From assembly GCA_034226945.1 (NCBI GenBank), contig CP120459.1:1-64000 (forward strand): a stretch of 64,000 nucleotides of DNA. The letters are read 5' to 3'. Positions within the stretch are counted from its first letter, which is position 1, and every line of letters starts with the position of its first letter. This DNA comes from Picochlorum sp. SENEW3. Taxonomy: Eukaryota. Positions 10,766 to 23,637 of this stretch are shown one piece after another. Position numbers and translations under genes: made by a program. The notes under the pieces are model-generated. The model ran no database searches. It was not told the origin of the DNA and saw nothing but the letters and a program-made list of their open reading frames with translations.

Positions 10766-12484
10766 ATGTCTTGGAATGGCGCAGAGCAGCTGCTGCAGGC
10801 CGCAAAGGACCATGGCATCACCGTTTGTTTTGCAAATCCAGGTTGGTTCGAGTGAATAATGCTATAAAAGTGGCGGGGGAGCGTGTTCGCTCAATTTGGT
10901 TGGATTCCTCTGTCGTTTGCAGGGACATCAGAGATGCACTTTGTGTCAGCCATGGACTCGGTGAAAGGGATACGGGCCATTCTGGGTCTGCATGAAACAG
11001 TGTGTACAGGTGCAGCAGATGGATACGGTAGAATGGCTAGGAGACCGGCCATGTCACTGTTGCATCTGGGCCCTGGCCTAGCAAATGGTCTGTGCAATCT
11101 CCACAATGCCCGTAGAGCAGGGACCCCCCTCGTGAATCTTGTGGGAGAGATGGCCACGTGGCACAAAGGCGCTGATCCTCTCTTGAATATGGATGTTGAG
11201 GGTATCGCGGTAAAGGTGTCAAAGGAGGTTTGGACCTGCAGGGATGGCGAGGATTTGTATCGTGCTATGGCTACTGCGTGCCTGCAAGCTCAAGCACCAC
11301 AGAAGGCCATAGGTGGCTCGAACATCTGCACTCTGATCGTTCCACATAATCTCTCGTGGGAAAAGTCACCGAAGAAGTACGATAGCCGCGGGTTTGCCCT
11401 GGAAGGAGGGTCTGGGAAAGAGGCAGCAGGGTCCCCAGAAGTTGATCTGTTTGTGCAAGACTGCGCCAAAGCTCTCTCGTCTATGCCTGACGGGAAGGTC
11501 GCACTTTATATTGGAGGTGCTGCAGCTATACAGGACGACGACGCTCTCCTCCATGTCGGAAAGATAGCATCAAAGCTAGGGGCGCCGATATATTGCGAGA
11601 ATGCATTTGGTAGACTGGACAGGGGGGCTGGTTTACCCCGCCTCACGAGGTTGCCATACTTTCCGGATGATGCTTTAAATACTTTGAAAGCATACGGGAG
11701 TATTCTGGTCGTCGATGCCCGGCGGCCGGTGGCCAATTTTGGCTATGAGAATGGCCCTTCTCATGTGATGACGCTGCCGGATGAGGATATTTGGGAGATA
11801 GACTCGGCAGATGTGCACGTGCCCACTGTTCTACGAAAGCTTTCCAAAGCGTTGGGCGCTGAAGACATCGTGCCGTCAGTAAATTGTAGAGGCAAATTCT
11901 GTGACAGAAAAGTTCCGTCCCTCCCTGCCGGCAGATTGAATGCAGCCAAATTGTGCCAGACTCTGGCAGCACTGCAGCCAAAGGAAACGATTTTGGTCGA
12001 CGAGTCACTGACGAGCGGAAATGGGTACTGGGATCTGTCACATGGCTGTGCGGCATTCTCGCACTTGGCTCTGACTGGCGGCGCTATTGGATGTGGGCCA
12101 CCACTCGCAGTGGGTGCGGCGATTGCGTGCCCTGACAGGCAAGTTATCAATTTGCAGGCGGATGGTTCTTGTATGTATAGCCTGCAGGCGCTGTGGACTC
12201 AGGCTCGAGAAAATCTCAGAGTCATCACGATTGTGTGTGCCAATAGGTCGTACCAAATTCTAAAGGTGGAGCTGGCAAAGCAGCAAATAAGCCCTAGCAA
12301 TGGCCCTTGTGCTCGAGCACTGACAGATATTGGACATCCAGCCATCGACTGGGTGGCCGTGGGGCAGGGGCTCGGTGTTCCATCACACAGGGCTGAGACA
12401 GTTGAGCAACTGGCATCCCAGCTGACGGAAGCTCTGAGTCAGCGAGAAGCGGGACCTTTCTTGATCGAGGCATGCCTCGCCTGA
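10766..12484 (+). CDS. ThDP-dependent enzyme, bacterial acetolactate-synthase-large-subunit-like / decarboxylase family
   Basis: NGAE..VCFANP|GTSEMHFV, LGLHE..CTGAADGYGRM, LHLGPGLANG, ThDP motif ADGSCMYSLQALWTQARE..CANRSY; one intron 10842-10922. Confidence 0.9.
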
Positions 12485-12862
12485 ACCCCCAAATTCAATG
12501 ATAAATAAACAATTTATATAACCTGTTATAGATTCAAGCGATTGAAAAATGGGACTGGTGGCAAAATATCTGTTGGAAAGAAACGGTCTCGGTAATGCCG
12601 ACACCGCGACTCCTGCGAGTGAGCAAAATTACTTCAGGTTTCACATGAAGGCAATGGGGTCTTTGCACTGCATATCAAATAGTTGCGATAACTTGTTGGG
12701 TTTGGACGAGGTGTCGGATGGAGGCGTTCAAAATAGCGTCGTGGAGGCGCAGCCTAATCTAGTTTCGTCGTCCGGCGCCGCTCGTTCCCGCGGGTGAGAC
12801 ATACAATTCAGTTCAAGCATTTACAACGAATGAAGTAGAGTTTAATGATACTCATGATGATA

Positions 12863-13876
12863 CTAGATGCACTTGCTTTTCCCGTGCCCTTGCAAGGCCC
12901 GGGCTGGTCTGAGCAACCTCACTAGGTTCGCCAGCCCTGCCCCATGATTGTGGACACGTACGTTCATACCTCGCATTTTTATAGATTCATATGTTGTGAT
13001 TCCTGAAATCACTTGATATAGCTGTAAGACAAGGAACGTCAAGGTGAATAGAGCACAAACTGTCAAGAATGATACCAGGGCTGCAAGGTTCCTGTATTTG
13101 TTTGCTACGAGGCGAACAAGGAGAGCAATGTAGGATGGGCATCCTGAGCACCGAGTCCGCGAAGATAGGGCGTCTAAAAACCCCTTTCGCGCTGCATCCT
13201 CCCTGATGACGAGTAGCCCAACCACTGCACCATGTGTGCATGCTAGTCCTGTGACGAGTAGAAAGAGCATGAAGAGCCTCATGTTATAGAACCCGATCGA
13301 GTTTCTAACCCAAATACAGTAGTGGTCGTACAGTGCCACGCAGGATCCCACCATGTTGCAATGCTTTGCCCTGCACGGTCTCAACCTTTTGCACGTCTCA
13401 CAGTGCTTTTCTGCTCGCACGCGACCGTCAGGAGGGAACATGTCCCGGAACTGTTCAAGGGTGGAATCTGTGATAATGCCGGGATCGCTGTAGCAAACAA
13501 GTCCATAGAGGAGCAGAACCAAAAGTGGCCAAGCACCACCTGCCACAGCATGGAAAGACAGGGACTGCGACGCTCCCAAACGAGGTACGAGCTCGTACTG
13601 TACACCCCAAACGCATCCCGCGTACAGGAACAAAAATGTTAGTTGTCCAAGAGGGTTCTTCGGCGAGGAACAAGCCGATTGGAGCGCCTCCAGAGCCTGC
13701 CCACCTCGTGGACCACAGAACGTCACGACGGTTCTCTCAAAACGGTCCCATAATCCATAGGTGAGATAGTAACTCGCATGATCTAAGAAGGTGTCTTCAA
13801 AATATTCCAAATCTCCGATAAGAACGATCGCCGCGTAGAGAACGGAAGTTATCAAGACCGTTCCACAGAGGAGCAT
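12863..13876 (-). CDS. DHHC-family palmitoyltransferase (DHYC variant)
   Basis: SDPG, CETCKRLRPCRAKHC..CV..YDHYCIWVRNSIG..N, TTYE motif, several TM helices. Confidence 0.9.
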   Translation of the reverse strand: MLLCGTVLITSVLYAAIVLIGDLEYFEDTFLDHASYYLTYGLWDRFERTVVTFCGPRGGQALEALQSACSSPKNPLGQLTFLFLYAGCVWGVQYELVPRLGASQSLSFHAVAGGAWPLLVLLLYGLVCYSDPGIITDSTLEQFRDMFPPDGRVRAEKHCETCKRLRPCRAKHCNMVGSCVALYDHYCIWVRNSIGFYNMRLFMLFLLVTGLACTHGAVVGLLVIREDAARKGFLDALSSRTRCSGCPSYIALLVRLVANKYRNLAALVSFLTVCALFTLTFLVLQLYQVISGITTYESIKMRGMNVRVHNHGAGLANLVRLLRPARALQGHGKSKCI

Positions 13877-14074
13877 CCTTGACTGATATGTGCATATCCT
13901 TCTGGCATTGGAACTTGATCGTGAATCTCGACATGTAACAAAGAAAAAAGAAAGAAAGAAGAGAAAAGAAACAAAGAAAAGTTATTCCGTAACTAAAATC
14001 CTTGGTAGTCCCATGCATAAGATTCCAAGTCCCAGTCCGGGTACAAGGTATGGACGCAATCAAATAAAATTCAA

Positions 14075-14824
14075 TCAATCTGTTTGTCGATCAAGTAAGG
14101 GTTGAATAACCTTCCTGAGACATCTCTGGAGCCTGGCCTGACCAGCGACGTTGGGGTGTAAAATGTCAGCCATGTACTTCCTGTTGTTTTTCCTCATGTC
14201 TTGCATACAGTGACTCACCGTCGCATTATGCTTCCTTGCCAATAGAATATAATCGATATTCACTCCAATTGCAGGCGATAAGCTTGGGAGAAGAAGTTGA
14301 ACGACGAGCTCTGAACGAGGCATGTGAGACCTCAGCCAGCCAAGCAAAAAGTCCATCCTCTCTGGTATGTTTGGTGTCTTATGCACAACATCATTGATTC
14401 CCACGAAGATGACAATGACCTTGGGATCCAACCGAGGCCTTTCTTTGCCAACTGCCAATCTCCAGACGACAGTGCTGATTCGATCCCCTGGTATTCCATT
14501 AGGTTCAGCCAACAAGTCTCCAAAATTGTCCTCCCATACGTCACGGCTACCAGGCACCTTTGACAAATCCACTGGTTTGTTCCAAGCTGTGATGCTGTCA
14601 CCAAGAAGCAGCATGTCGCCGCGTTTGCCACTATCATCAATCGATTTTATCTGTTCTTTATTTCTAGCGAACTCCCTCCAAAACATGGAGTTGTCCCGAC
14701 CTTGCACCCACTCAGGGAGAGTGGAAGAATTGTAATCGTGATTGAATTCAGGCATCACTGCCTCTGTTGCGGCATCTATCCGCGCGAGATGGGCCAGGAG
14801 AACCAGGCTGAGCAGGCACCACAT
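14075..14824 (-). CDS. Secreted SGNH/GDSL hydrolase (PAF-acetylhydrolase-like)
   Basis: Signal peptide; LLGDSIT, GIPGD, GIND, DILHPN blocks; intronless. Confidence 0.88.
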   Translation of the reverse strand: MWCLLSLVLLAHLARIDAATEAVMPEFNHDYNSSTLPEWVQGRDNSMFWREFARNKEQIKSIDDSGKRGDMLLLGDSITAWNKPVDLSKVPGSRDVWEDNFGDLLAEPNGIPGDRISTVVWRLAVGKERPRLDPKVIVIFVGINDVVHKTPNIPERMDFLLGWLRSHMPRSELVVQLLLPSLSPAIGVNIDYILLARKHNATVSHCMQDMRKNNRKYMADILHPNVAGQARLQRCLRKVIQPLLDRQTD

Positions 14825-15399
14825 GGCTGGGAAACTCGTCCTGAGCTCGGTGATGCAGAGTTAAAGATTGATTCTTTGGATTTTATGCAAAAAGAATTGA
14901 TTAATAGCGGTATGCATCTTTGAAATCGTCAAAATGTCTTGGCGGGAAGTGGATGCGATGTGGCGCCTTGATCAAGGGTCATGCATGACCTCAGTGAGGG
15001 CGCGGTGGTTGGCACGAATTCCGACTCCGGCATTCCCCGACAAATAGGCATGCGTATAAAGTAACCAGAGGGCAATGTCCAAAGGCATACACATATAATC
15101 TCAAATTGACTGAATGACGTGCGATTTGAGCTGAATCGCACACCATGCCTTGTCCAGTTGACGGATAGATCTAACGTGCCCGAGCAGGAAAGAAAAAACA
15201 AGATTCTTGATTCTGAGTCAAAGAATATTGCGAGAGCGTCGCTATATTATCAATAAAAGGTATGAAGCATTGGAGACTATGGCATTGCGCGGTCATTGGG
15301 AGGGAATGCAGAGGGAGACAGAAAGGTGTCTCACCCAAGGTCAACCTGTTTTGTCCTTGTCAACAAGTAGCATGCAAACTCGTAACAAACTGATTCGAA

Positions 15400-17461
15400 A
15401 TGCAGATGGGAATATTCTCAGGTTTCGGAGCTTCCAAGAGGGGAAAGGATAAGCGACTGAAGCAGGTGCAAGGTCCAAACTCTATCGATGACCCACTGGA
15501 CACCGAGCTTCCAAACCCATCGCTTGTAAGGGAAATGAGTTCCAAAGAGGCTTCTGAAGAAGATTCTCAGGGTTCGAGGGGTCAAGAAATCGTTGAAAAC
15601 TTCGAATATCCTCGTGTAATGCCTCCCAAAGATAGGAAGGATGCTGGTGATGGTTCTCCAAATGTCCTCCATCAAGAGTTTACGTTACCGTCCCCAGAAG
15701 TCTGTCAAATACAGACAATGACCCAAAATATGTCGCAACAGGCTCGCGGGGGCTTCGAGAGAATTGCAGGCAAGATCCCAGACCTTGGCTGTTTACTGGT
15801 TGAATTGTTCGAGCATTTCAAAGCCTTTGAGGCAAGCGCCCTGATTTGTCATGGCCAGCACGAAAATATGTCAGCTTTGGTAGAATTCCTGGGTCGCTGT
15901 TTGGAAGAGTATGGCTGCAGAGGTAGGTGTATATTGTTTGGCGCCCATATGGCGGAGGCTTGAAAAAAAATGTGATTTCATCCTGCTTGCAGATCCACTC
16001 AAGAGATTGTCAAACACTGAAGAGCGATCTATCCATCGTGAGATTGAATCGATAATTTCCACTCTACAAAATTTGACCGGGATTGCGGTGTCATACTGCC
16101 AACCAGGATGGGTATATCGACTCTGCATCGACACAGGCTTGCATGAGGGGCTTGTGAATGGAGCATCAGCCCTCGCCAAGTCTTTCCAAGTTTTGGGCCT
16201 AGAGTCAGCCAAGGTACCTATCCTACAAAACACGCACAGATTGGTGGTCGCGGAACTGAGGTCGATTGGCAGCGGTTCATGGACAGCAGGCCTAAGAGCC
16301 ATCAGGAAAGACCCTGGTTCCTTGGCGAGGCTGGCGAAAATATTGAGATCTTCCGAAAATGTGCTCACCAGAGAATCATATTTGAACCAAAGTCTTCCAT
16401 GGGCGATCGAGTCGATTAGCAACAACGGCAGAGAAGAAGAATGCAAGGCAGTGTTTTTGGAGTACTGTGCCGCGGGCGGGAGCAGTCTCTTGTCAGCACA
16501 AGGTTTTCAAAGGTACATCACTGATTCTAATCATCTCGACAAATTGGATGACGAAGTCAAGATTCTTCATGCCTGTACAAAATTGTTCGTCGACATTGAC
16601 CGGGACTTTGATGGATACTTGTCGCCAGAGGAATTCCAGGACTTCTATTTGCAGAAAAGGGTTCCAGCTATTCGATCTCTTGTGCGCTTGGTCACAAGTA
16701 TATCTGTTGAAAGATCTATACGAGATACTTTCGAGGCCTTTGCTGCCTTTGGATCCAGTGGACGGAGCTCGAAACACCATGACATGCATAGCAAGCACTT
16801 TCTGGATGGCTTCAGGTTTTCCAAGCTGTGCAAAGATTCGAACATCATCACTAGCAGAGAGAATCAAAAAGAACATGCAGATATTGTATTTTCCAAGTGC
16901 GTCCCTGCGAATTCAAAAAAGATGGATTTTGATCACTTGTTGGTGGCAGTCACACGCCTGAGTGTTGCAGTCAGACTGAGCCTCCCTGAAGTTTACAAGA
17001 GAGTGGCGACCTGCCCGGGTCCCTCATCCACTTGTACCAAAGCTTCGTACGTAAAATTGCATGACGATAAGACCCTATTCACCGGAATATACGCAAGGGG
17101 TGGACCAGACATTGGACCAACTGTTGTTCACATGGAGAAGTATGTGAACAGAAAAGAAAAGCAATACCATGCCAGAACGACTGCGCAGAATATGGAAATT
17201 ACGTTGCCAGAGTCTCCCAAGATGGCAACAACGTCTCGAATTGCTTCTCCCGGACCGAAAACGCCAGGTAGGGGGGCCTCCCTCGAGGCCTGCCAGGCCA
17301 GAAAGGAGAGGGAAAAGGAGAGAGAGCAGGGGGAATCCCTCAAGCAACCAAGCGTCGCGTTTGGACGATCTGGATCTGCTGCTAGTCCACAGGCAAACAA
17401 AAAATCACCCCCATCTGCCGCTGTGGTGTCTGTTGCTGCGTCAACACATGGCCACGCATGA
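15400..17461 (+). CDS. EF-hand plus p25-alpha (TPPP-like) domain protein
   Basis: DRDFDGYLSPEEF EF-hand; F.KLCKD, ADIVFSK, KLHDDKTLFTGIYARGGP; intron ~15922-15992 joins the two ORFs. Confidence 0.8.
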
Positions 17462-17766
17462 CGTCGCTCCATGGGCATGGCCATGCATGGAAGGCGCCCT
17501 GTGTGGTAGTTGCTGTCATTTGTAAGAATTTGTATGTGGAGCCCTCCTCCCCAATATTGATCTGAAAAGATAATTTGTAAGAATTTTAAAAAGTTAGATG
17601 ACCGACTGTGGAGGTCGATGAGATGAATCCTTAACGTAGTCGTTCCAAATTACTTAGGCACGGTTCTGCAAAGGGTCTGCAGACGATTGAGGCATTAGAT
17701 TTGTTGGGCACACGTCTATCAAGCGTTTGATAATAGAGTTGAAATATTATATCGCTCGAGGCCGTT

Positions 17767-18634
17767 ATGCAAGAGGGTCTGCTAGCCAACGGAGGCGAGG
17801 CTTCGGCGTCAACCCCTGGTGCGCCACCCACGAATAGCAGCACCGACAGCGTGGCGTGCGAGAGCGGTTCGCAGAGTATGAGCGGATTTTTAGTATCATG
17901 GAGAGCAAATATACGGCCTAAATTTGTTCCATTGCTTTCTTCCTTGGCAGGGACTCCAGCTGCTCGCAACTTGCTGCTGTGTCAGGTAGGTAAAAAACTG
18001 CATCCAAGGAGGGCCGACCGCTTTTGTTTGCGACCACGTGTGTTACCTGTTCATCTTTGTTTTGTAGATTTACACGTATCTTCCAGTGCTGACGCTGGGA
18101 AAACAGATGCTGCAGTCAGAAGATGTGTGCCTGCTAGGTACTCAGACACTGGATGAGTTTCACAAGGCTTGCCACAGAGATGGGATCGCCTTGGATCGTG
18201 TCGGACCAATGGGTAAGGTTTGGGAAAATGGAGACGTTCAGGTCGTCCAATACGCATCGAATCTCTCGAAGAATGCGTATCCAATGGACAGATTGCCAAT
18301 GGAGGCCATTGCAATGATTGGGGAAATTGTCTTCCTGCCAGTGTATGATGCCGCTATCAACAGCCCAACTCAAGGCATTGTGGCAGTGATTGAATTAATC
18401 CTATCTAGAAATACAAACGATGGAATGATCGTCGCAACCATGATCAGCACTCTGGGGGAGATCATGCAGGAACTTGGGCTGTCGCTGAGCGCACCCATTA
18501 GTGAAAAACAGGGTAACAATAGTAACGAGTTAAACAAGAGCAACTCGTATGTATGCAATAATAATGCGGAATGGAACACATCGATACCAGGGAAAGGAAT
18601 GAGTAGAACAGTGTCGAAGCAATTTCTCCACTGA
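17767..18634 (+). CDS. Stand-alone NIN/NLP-type GAF-like domain protein (~261 aa)
   Basis: LLLCQ|IYTYLP...LDEFHKAC...GPMGKVWENG...IVFLPVYD...VAVIELI; intron 17986-18067; no RWP-RK or PB1. Confidence 0.55.
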
Positions 18635-18651
18635 ACAATGGATGAAAAAAA

Positions 18652-19689
18652 TCATTGTAAGAGATCACTCACAAAAAGTTCTTCCAATGGAATGGCAGCT
18701 TTGTCAACTTTTTCTCCCGCATCGCCCTGCCGCAAACCATCGAGGGTAGTTTCGTGCTCTTTCTGCGGATTCCTGGACTGCATTTTGTTGGTAAGGAAGC
18801 CATTCTCTGATAGCCAGACCAGAAACGAGTCCCACCTGTCTGCTGTCATCGTCCCCCACTTTTCTTGACCATCCAGAAATGTACTGCTAGCTGCAGCAAC
18901 ACTACGGCGAACAAGTTCCTCATCCATTGGGAATTCTGGGAACAGCCGCTGCCATTCGGCAATCATGAGAGCAGCAGCTTCGTCCTTATTGGACACAGCA
19001 AATTCATACCCTCTCGCGGTTTCTCTGAGAAAAGACGCAATGTTTTCTCGGGCTTCAGATCGGACCTTATCTGGCTTTGCAAACATGACCAATGGATAAC
19101 CGTAATGCACTCCATAGTCCTTGAGCGGGAAAACGTTCAAATCGATTCCCTTCATTTTGGCCTCCTCTCCTTCCCACGACATGAAAATCCATGTAGCGTC
19201 CGTGGTGCCGTTTACCACCGTGTTCCATAAACCCAACTTCTCAGGGGTGACTTCCTCATACTCTCCAGTTCCACCGTCGTTCTGGATCATTTGCTTCACT
19301 ATCCTCCCCTCATACCGAGCACCATAACTGCCATACCTCTTGTTCTGCAACTTTTTCATCGAGTCGATCCCAGAACTTTTCAGTGTCACAATCGCAGAGT
19401 CATCTTGCTGCAACAAGGCAGCCACTGACACGAGGTCGACACCTTCTCCACCAGCTGGTCGACATGCATGGTGGTGTGAAATGACTGTTTCTGAAGGACC
19501 GATAGCCACATCCGCGACCCCTGACAGAACCTTGGACGCAGGTGTTTGGGAGTAGTTGTCCTGATGAGGGCTCAGGAGCTCGATGTCTAGCCCAGCACCT
19601 TTGTACCAACCCTTGGCCAAAGCCACGAAGATTCCAACGTGGTTTCCATTGGGTGTCCAATCGAGAGCGATTCGCATCATGCACGGCAT
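18652..19689 (-). CDS. NMT1/THI5-like (ThiY-type binding-protein fold) protein
   Basis: IALDWTPNGNHVGIFVALAKGWYKGAGLDIE; DATWIFMSWEG; intronless. Confidence 0.85.
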   Translation of the reverse strand: MPCMMRIALDWTPNGNHVGIFVALAKGWYKGAGLDIELLSPHQDNYSQTPASKVLSGVADVAIGPSETVISHHHACRPAGGEGVDLVSVAALLQQDDSAIVTLKSSGIDSMKKLQNKRYGSYGARYEGRIVKQMIQNDGGTGEYEEVTPEKLGLWNTVVNGTTDATWIFMSWEGEEAKMKGIDLNVFPLKDYGVHYGYPLVMFAKPDKVRSEARENIASFLRETARGYEFAVSNKDEAAALMIAEWQRLFPEFPMDEELVRRSVAAASSTFLDGQEKWGTMTADRWDSFLVWLSENGFLTNKMQSRNPQKEHETTLDGLRQGDAGEKVDKAAIPLEELFVSDLLQ

Positions 19690-19998
19690 ATATATTTTGA
19701 TATAATGAGAACGTGTCGTGGTAGGCGTTGTGGGCGAAAGAATCGTCGACGGTATGACTTGTCACAATTCTCTGCGATGTCCAGCTGGCTCCATGGCCCA
19801 TGGAGTTGCGCCCAACGATGGTATGGCCCATCCTGGCCTTGGCTTCATGACGTTGGATACCGTCAAACCAAACAGTCAGGGAAAACGAATATAAAATTAG
19901 GGTCATTAGAAGTCAGGGAAGGATATGGAAATGGCAGTAGTCCTCTCTCAGTCAAGCAGGCGTTAAATACACAAGACCCAGGTCGTAGAGGACACAGA

Positions 19999-22388
19999 AT
20001 GCCTGTGCAGCCTCTTCTTCTCGGCCTCAAGTTTAAAAGAACAGAACCTATTAAATACAGCGAGTGCCTTGGCCAGTATATAACACAGCACTATGGCGAA
20101 AAGGTGCGATCAGTCAAACTCGTGTCTAGCGGAAGAGTCCGATGCAGCAACCGCGATAGCTTTGATTGAAAAACCCATGATTATTTCGGTTCTTTATTAT
20201 GGATTGCTTGTCGATGTAGGCTTGTCGCAACTCTGTGGACGACCTGGGGGAGTTGGATGACCTCCGCAGGCAGCTCACCGAGGACATCGAAGTGACAGAG
20301 CACACGGAAGAACTGTTCGCTCAATATTATGGGAACTTGTGCCTGATAGAGAGGAGGTTTCCTGTCACTCAATATGAAGGGGGTGTCAATGCCTGCTTCG
20401 TCTGGGCAGACGCGTTTCAACCGGAGCAGGTTCTGGAGTTGCACAAAATTGGGTTGGAGAAGGCAGCAACCTTGTTCAATCTTGCCGCATACTTCAGCCA
20501 AATGGGAATAAACTGTAATAAGGAGACAGCGAACGACTTTTCCCTGGCTGGGAAGTATTTTATGAAGGCTGCGAGTGCGTTGCACTTTGTCAGGCTGACA
20601 GTCATGCCCAGTCTCATGAGGACAGCCAATGCCATCGAGCCAGTGGATATGTCCTCAATCTGCTTGGAGATGTTGGAGAGCATCATGGTTGGTCAGGCGA
20701 TTGAATGCGTCTTTGAGAAGAGTGTCAAGTCAGGTGCTGGACATAGACCTTTGGCTGAGATTGCTCAACAACTGGCCGTCATGTACGCTGATACATACGC
20801 GGTATTGTGCGAGAAGGCCATGAAAAAGCATTTTGAGAGGCCATGGAGATATACATTCAAGATTAAAGGCTTATATTACGAAGCAGCGGCGTGTTTGCAT
20901 CAGGCCAGCCACCTCAAGGAGAAGCTGGGGCGTGATGACATACGCAGTGCCATCAAGAGTCAAATTGGTTACGTGCAAGAATCCGCAAATTTGATTGAAG
21001 AAGCAATGCGCTTGTGCTCGAATGTGAAGTATAATGCGCTGATGAAGGCCGAGATCGAGAGCGCAAGAAAAGAAATCTGCGAGACACTTTCTGATCTTCA
21101 GACGGAGAACATGTCGGTATCCATGGTGAGGGTGCCTCCAATTGAAGAGCTGGAGCAGATACAGACTCTTTCTCCCCAAGCTCTCCCGAAAATAGGCGCT
21201 CTTGAATATCTCGAGAAGCCCTTAGCAAGTGTTCGGTTCAACAGCATTGTTCCTGAGGAGATCACCAGGGACTGGAGCAAATACACAGATATGTTGGATA
21301 GAATGCTCCGTGATCAAACGGATCTGATAGATAGATCTAGTGATGATGCGAGAGTGCGCCTTCGAGAAATGGAGTTGCCCGAGCGACTCCATTGTTTGGA
21401 AAAGGGGAATGCTTCCAATGTGCCAGACTCGATCCAAGTGGAGCTGGAATCCATAGAGCAGTCTGGGGGAATGGAAAATATTAGGTGCACCTCGCAGCAA
21501 GTACTTGACATGAATTTGGCGGTTACAGCCGACCTAGACGATTGTAGAAACATGCTCAGGCAATTGGAAGCAAGAGGAGCCTCCACCGAGTTGCTGCAGT
21601 CGTACCACCGCAAGATAGATGGGTACAAGGAGAATTTGAACGTAGCCAGTAAGACAGACTCGTATACTAGAGAGACTATAGAGAAGAATCGAGAAGATTT
21701 TGAAAGATTGACTCTCGCAAAAGCTGCCTTTGAGGCACCAGTGCTGGAATCGCCAATGCTCCTCGTGGACAGTACAGAGCCTGCCGAGGCCGTGCAGGCA
21801 CTCCGCCTTGGTCTCGATGGCCTGGAAGCAATTGCACATCAACGAAACTCACTGGAGGACGAACTGCAAAAAACGAAGAGGAGTGATGACATTGTGGAGA
21901 GTTTGATGGCCATGCCCTCTGGTAGCCGACAGAATGACATCTTTCAAGATCACCTGGCACAATACAGCACGATACGAGAATCGATTGCGAAAAATATCGA
22001 AAAGCAAAAGGATATTCTGGACGCGATGGGACATGCGAATGACGTTTTCATCAAATCATACGACTTTGTTGATTGGGAGAGGAAGAGAAGGGCCATGGCC
22101 ACAAGGTGGAAGGGAAGGATAGAAGCATACAAGAACATCATTCACAGCCTCCAGGAGGGCATCGAGTTCTATCTGACCTTGTCAGATGCTGTTGGATCTA
22201 TGAAACATGATCTTTCGTCAAAGTTAAATAATAGGAATGAGCGGGCCGTCTCCTCACCTGCACAGTACCAACAGCCAGCTCAGGGGGACCCATCACATCA
22301 ATTCTCCAGTCTCTTGCACCTGGGCAACCAGGCAGTCGAAGAGGAAGAATACACGGGAGTCAATCCTCTTTTTAGCAGGAGAAAATGA
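19999..22388 (+). CDS. BRO1/ALIX-like ESCRT adaptor
   Basis: FVWADAF, EKAATLFNLAA, MVGQAIECVFEK; V-domain ending EGIEFYLTL; intron ~20104-20219. Confidence 0.88.
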
Positions 22389-22398
22389 ATTTATTTAA

Positions 22399-23522
<1,124 letters not shown>

Positions 23523-23637
23523 GATTTCTCGGATACTGTTACTCGATGCAACGTCAATAATAAATTATGGCAAACTTTCCTCCAGATTTCCGCTGATAAC
23601 GATGCCCCGCGGACAGGCTCCATCATGCATGATCTGA

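Noticed and set aside
12586..12800. Telomerase RNA
   Set aside because: No CCCTAAA or CCCTAA template region longer than one repeat on either strand
19690..19990. TPP riboswitch upstream of the THI5-like gene (minus strand has CTGAGA and CCTGA..TAATG)
   Set aside because: Spacing is wrong and the GCGnAGGGA 3' arm and P1/P2 pairing are absent
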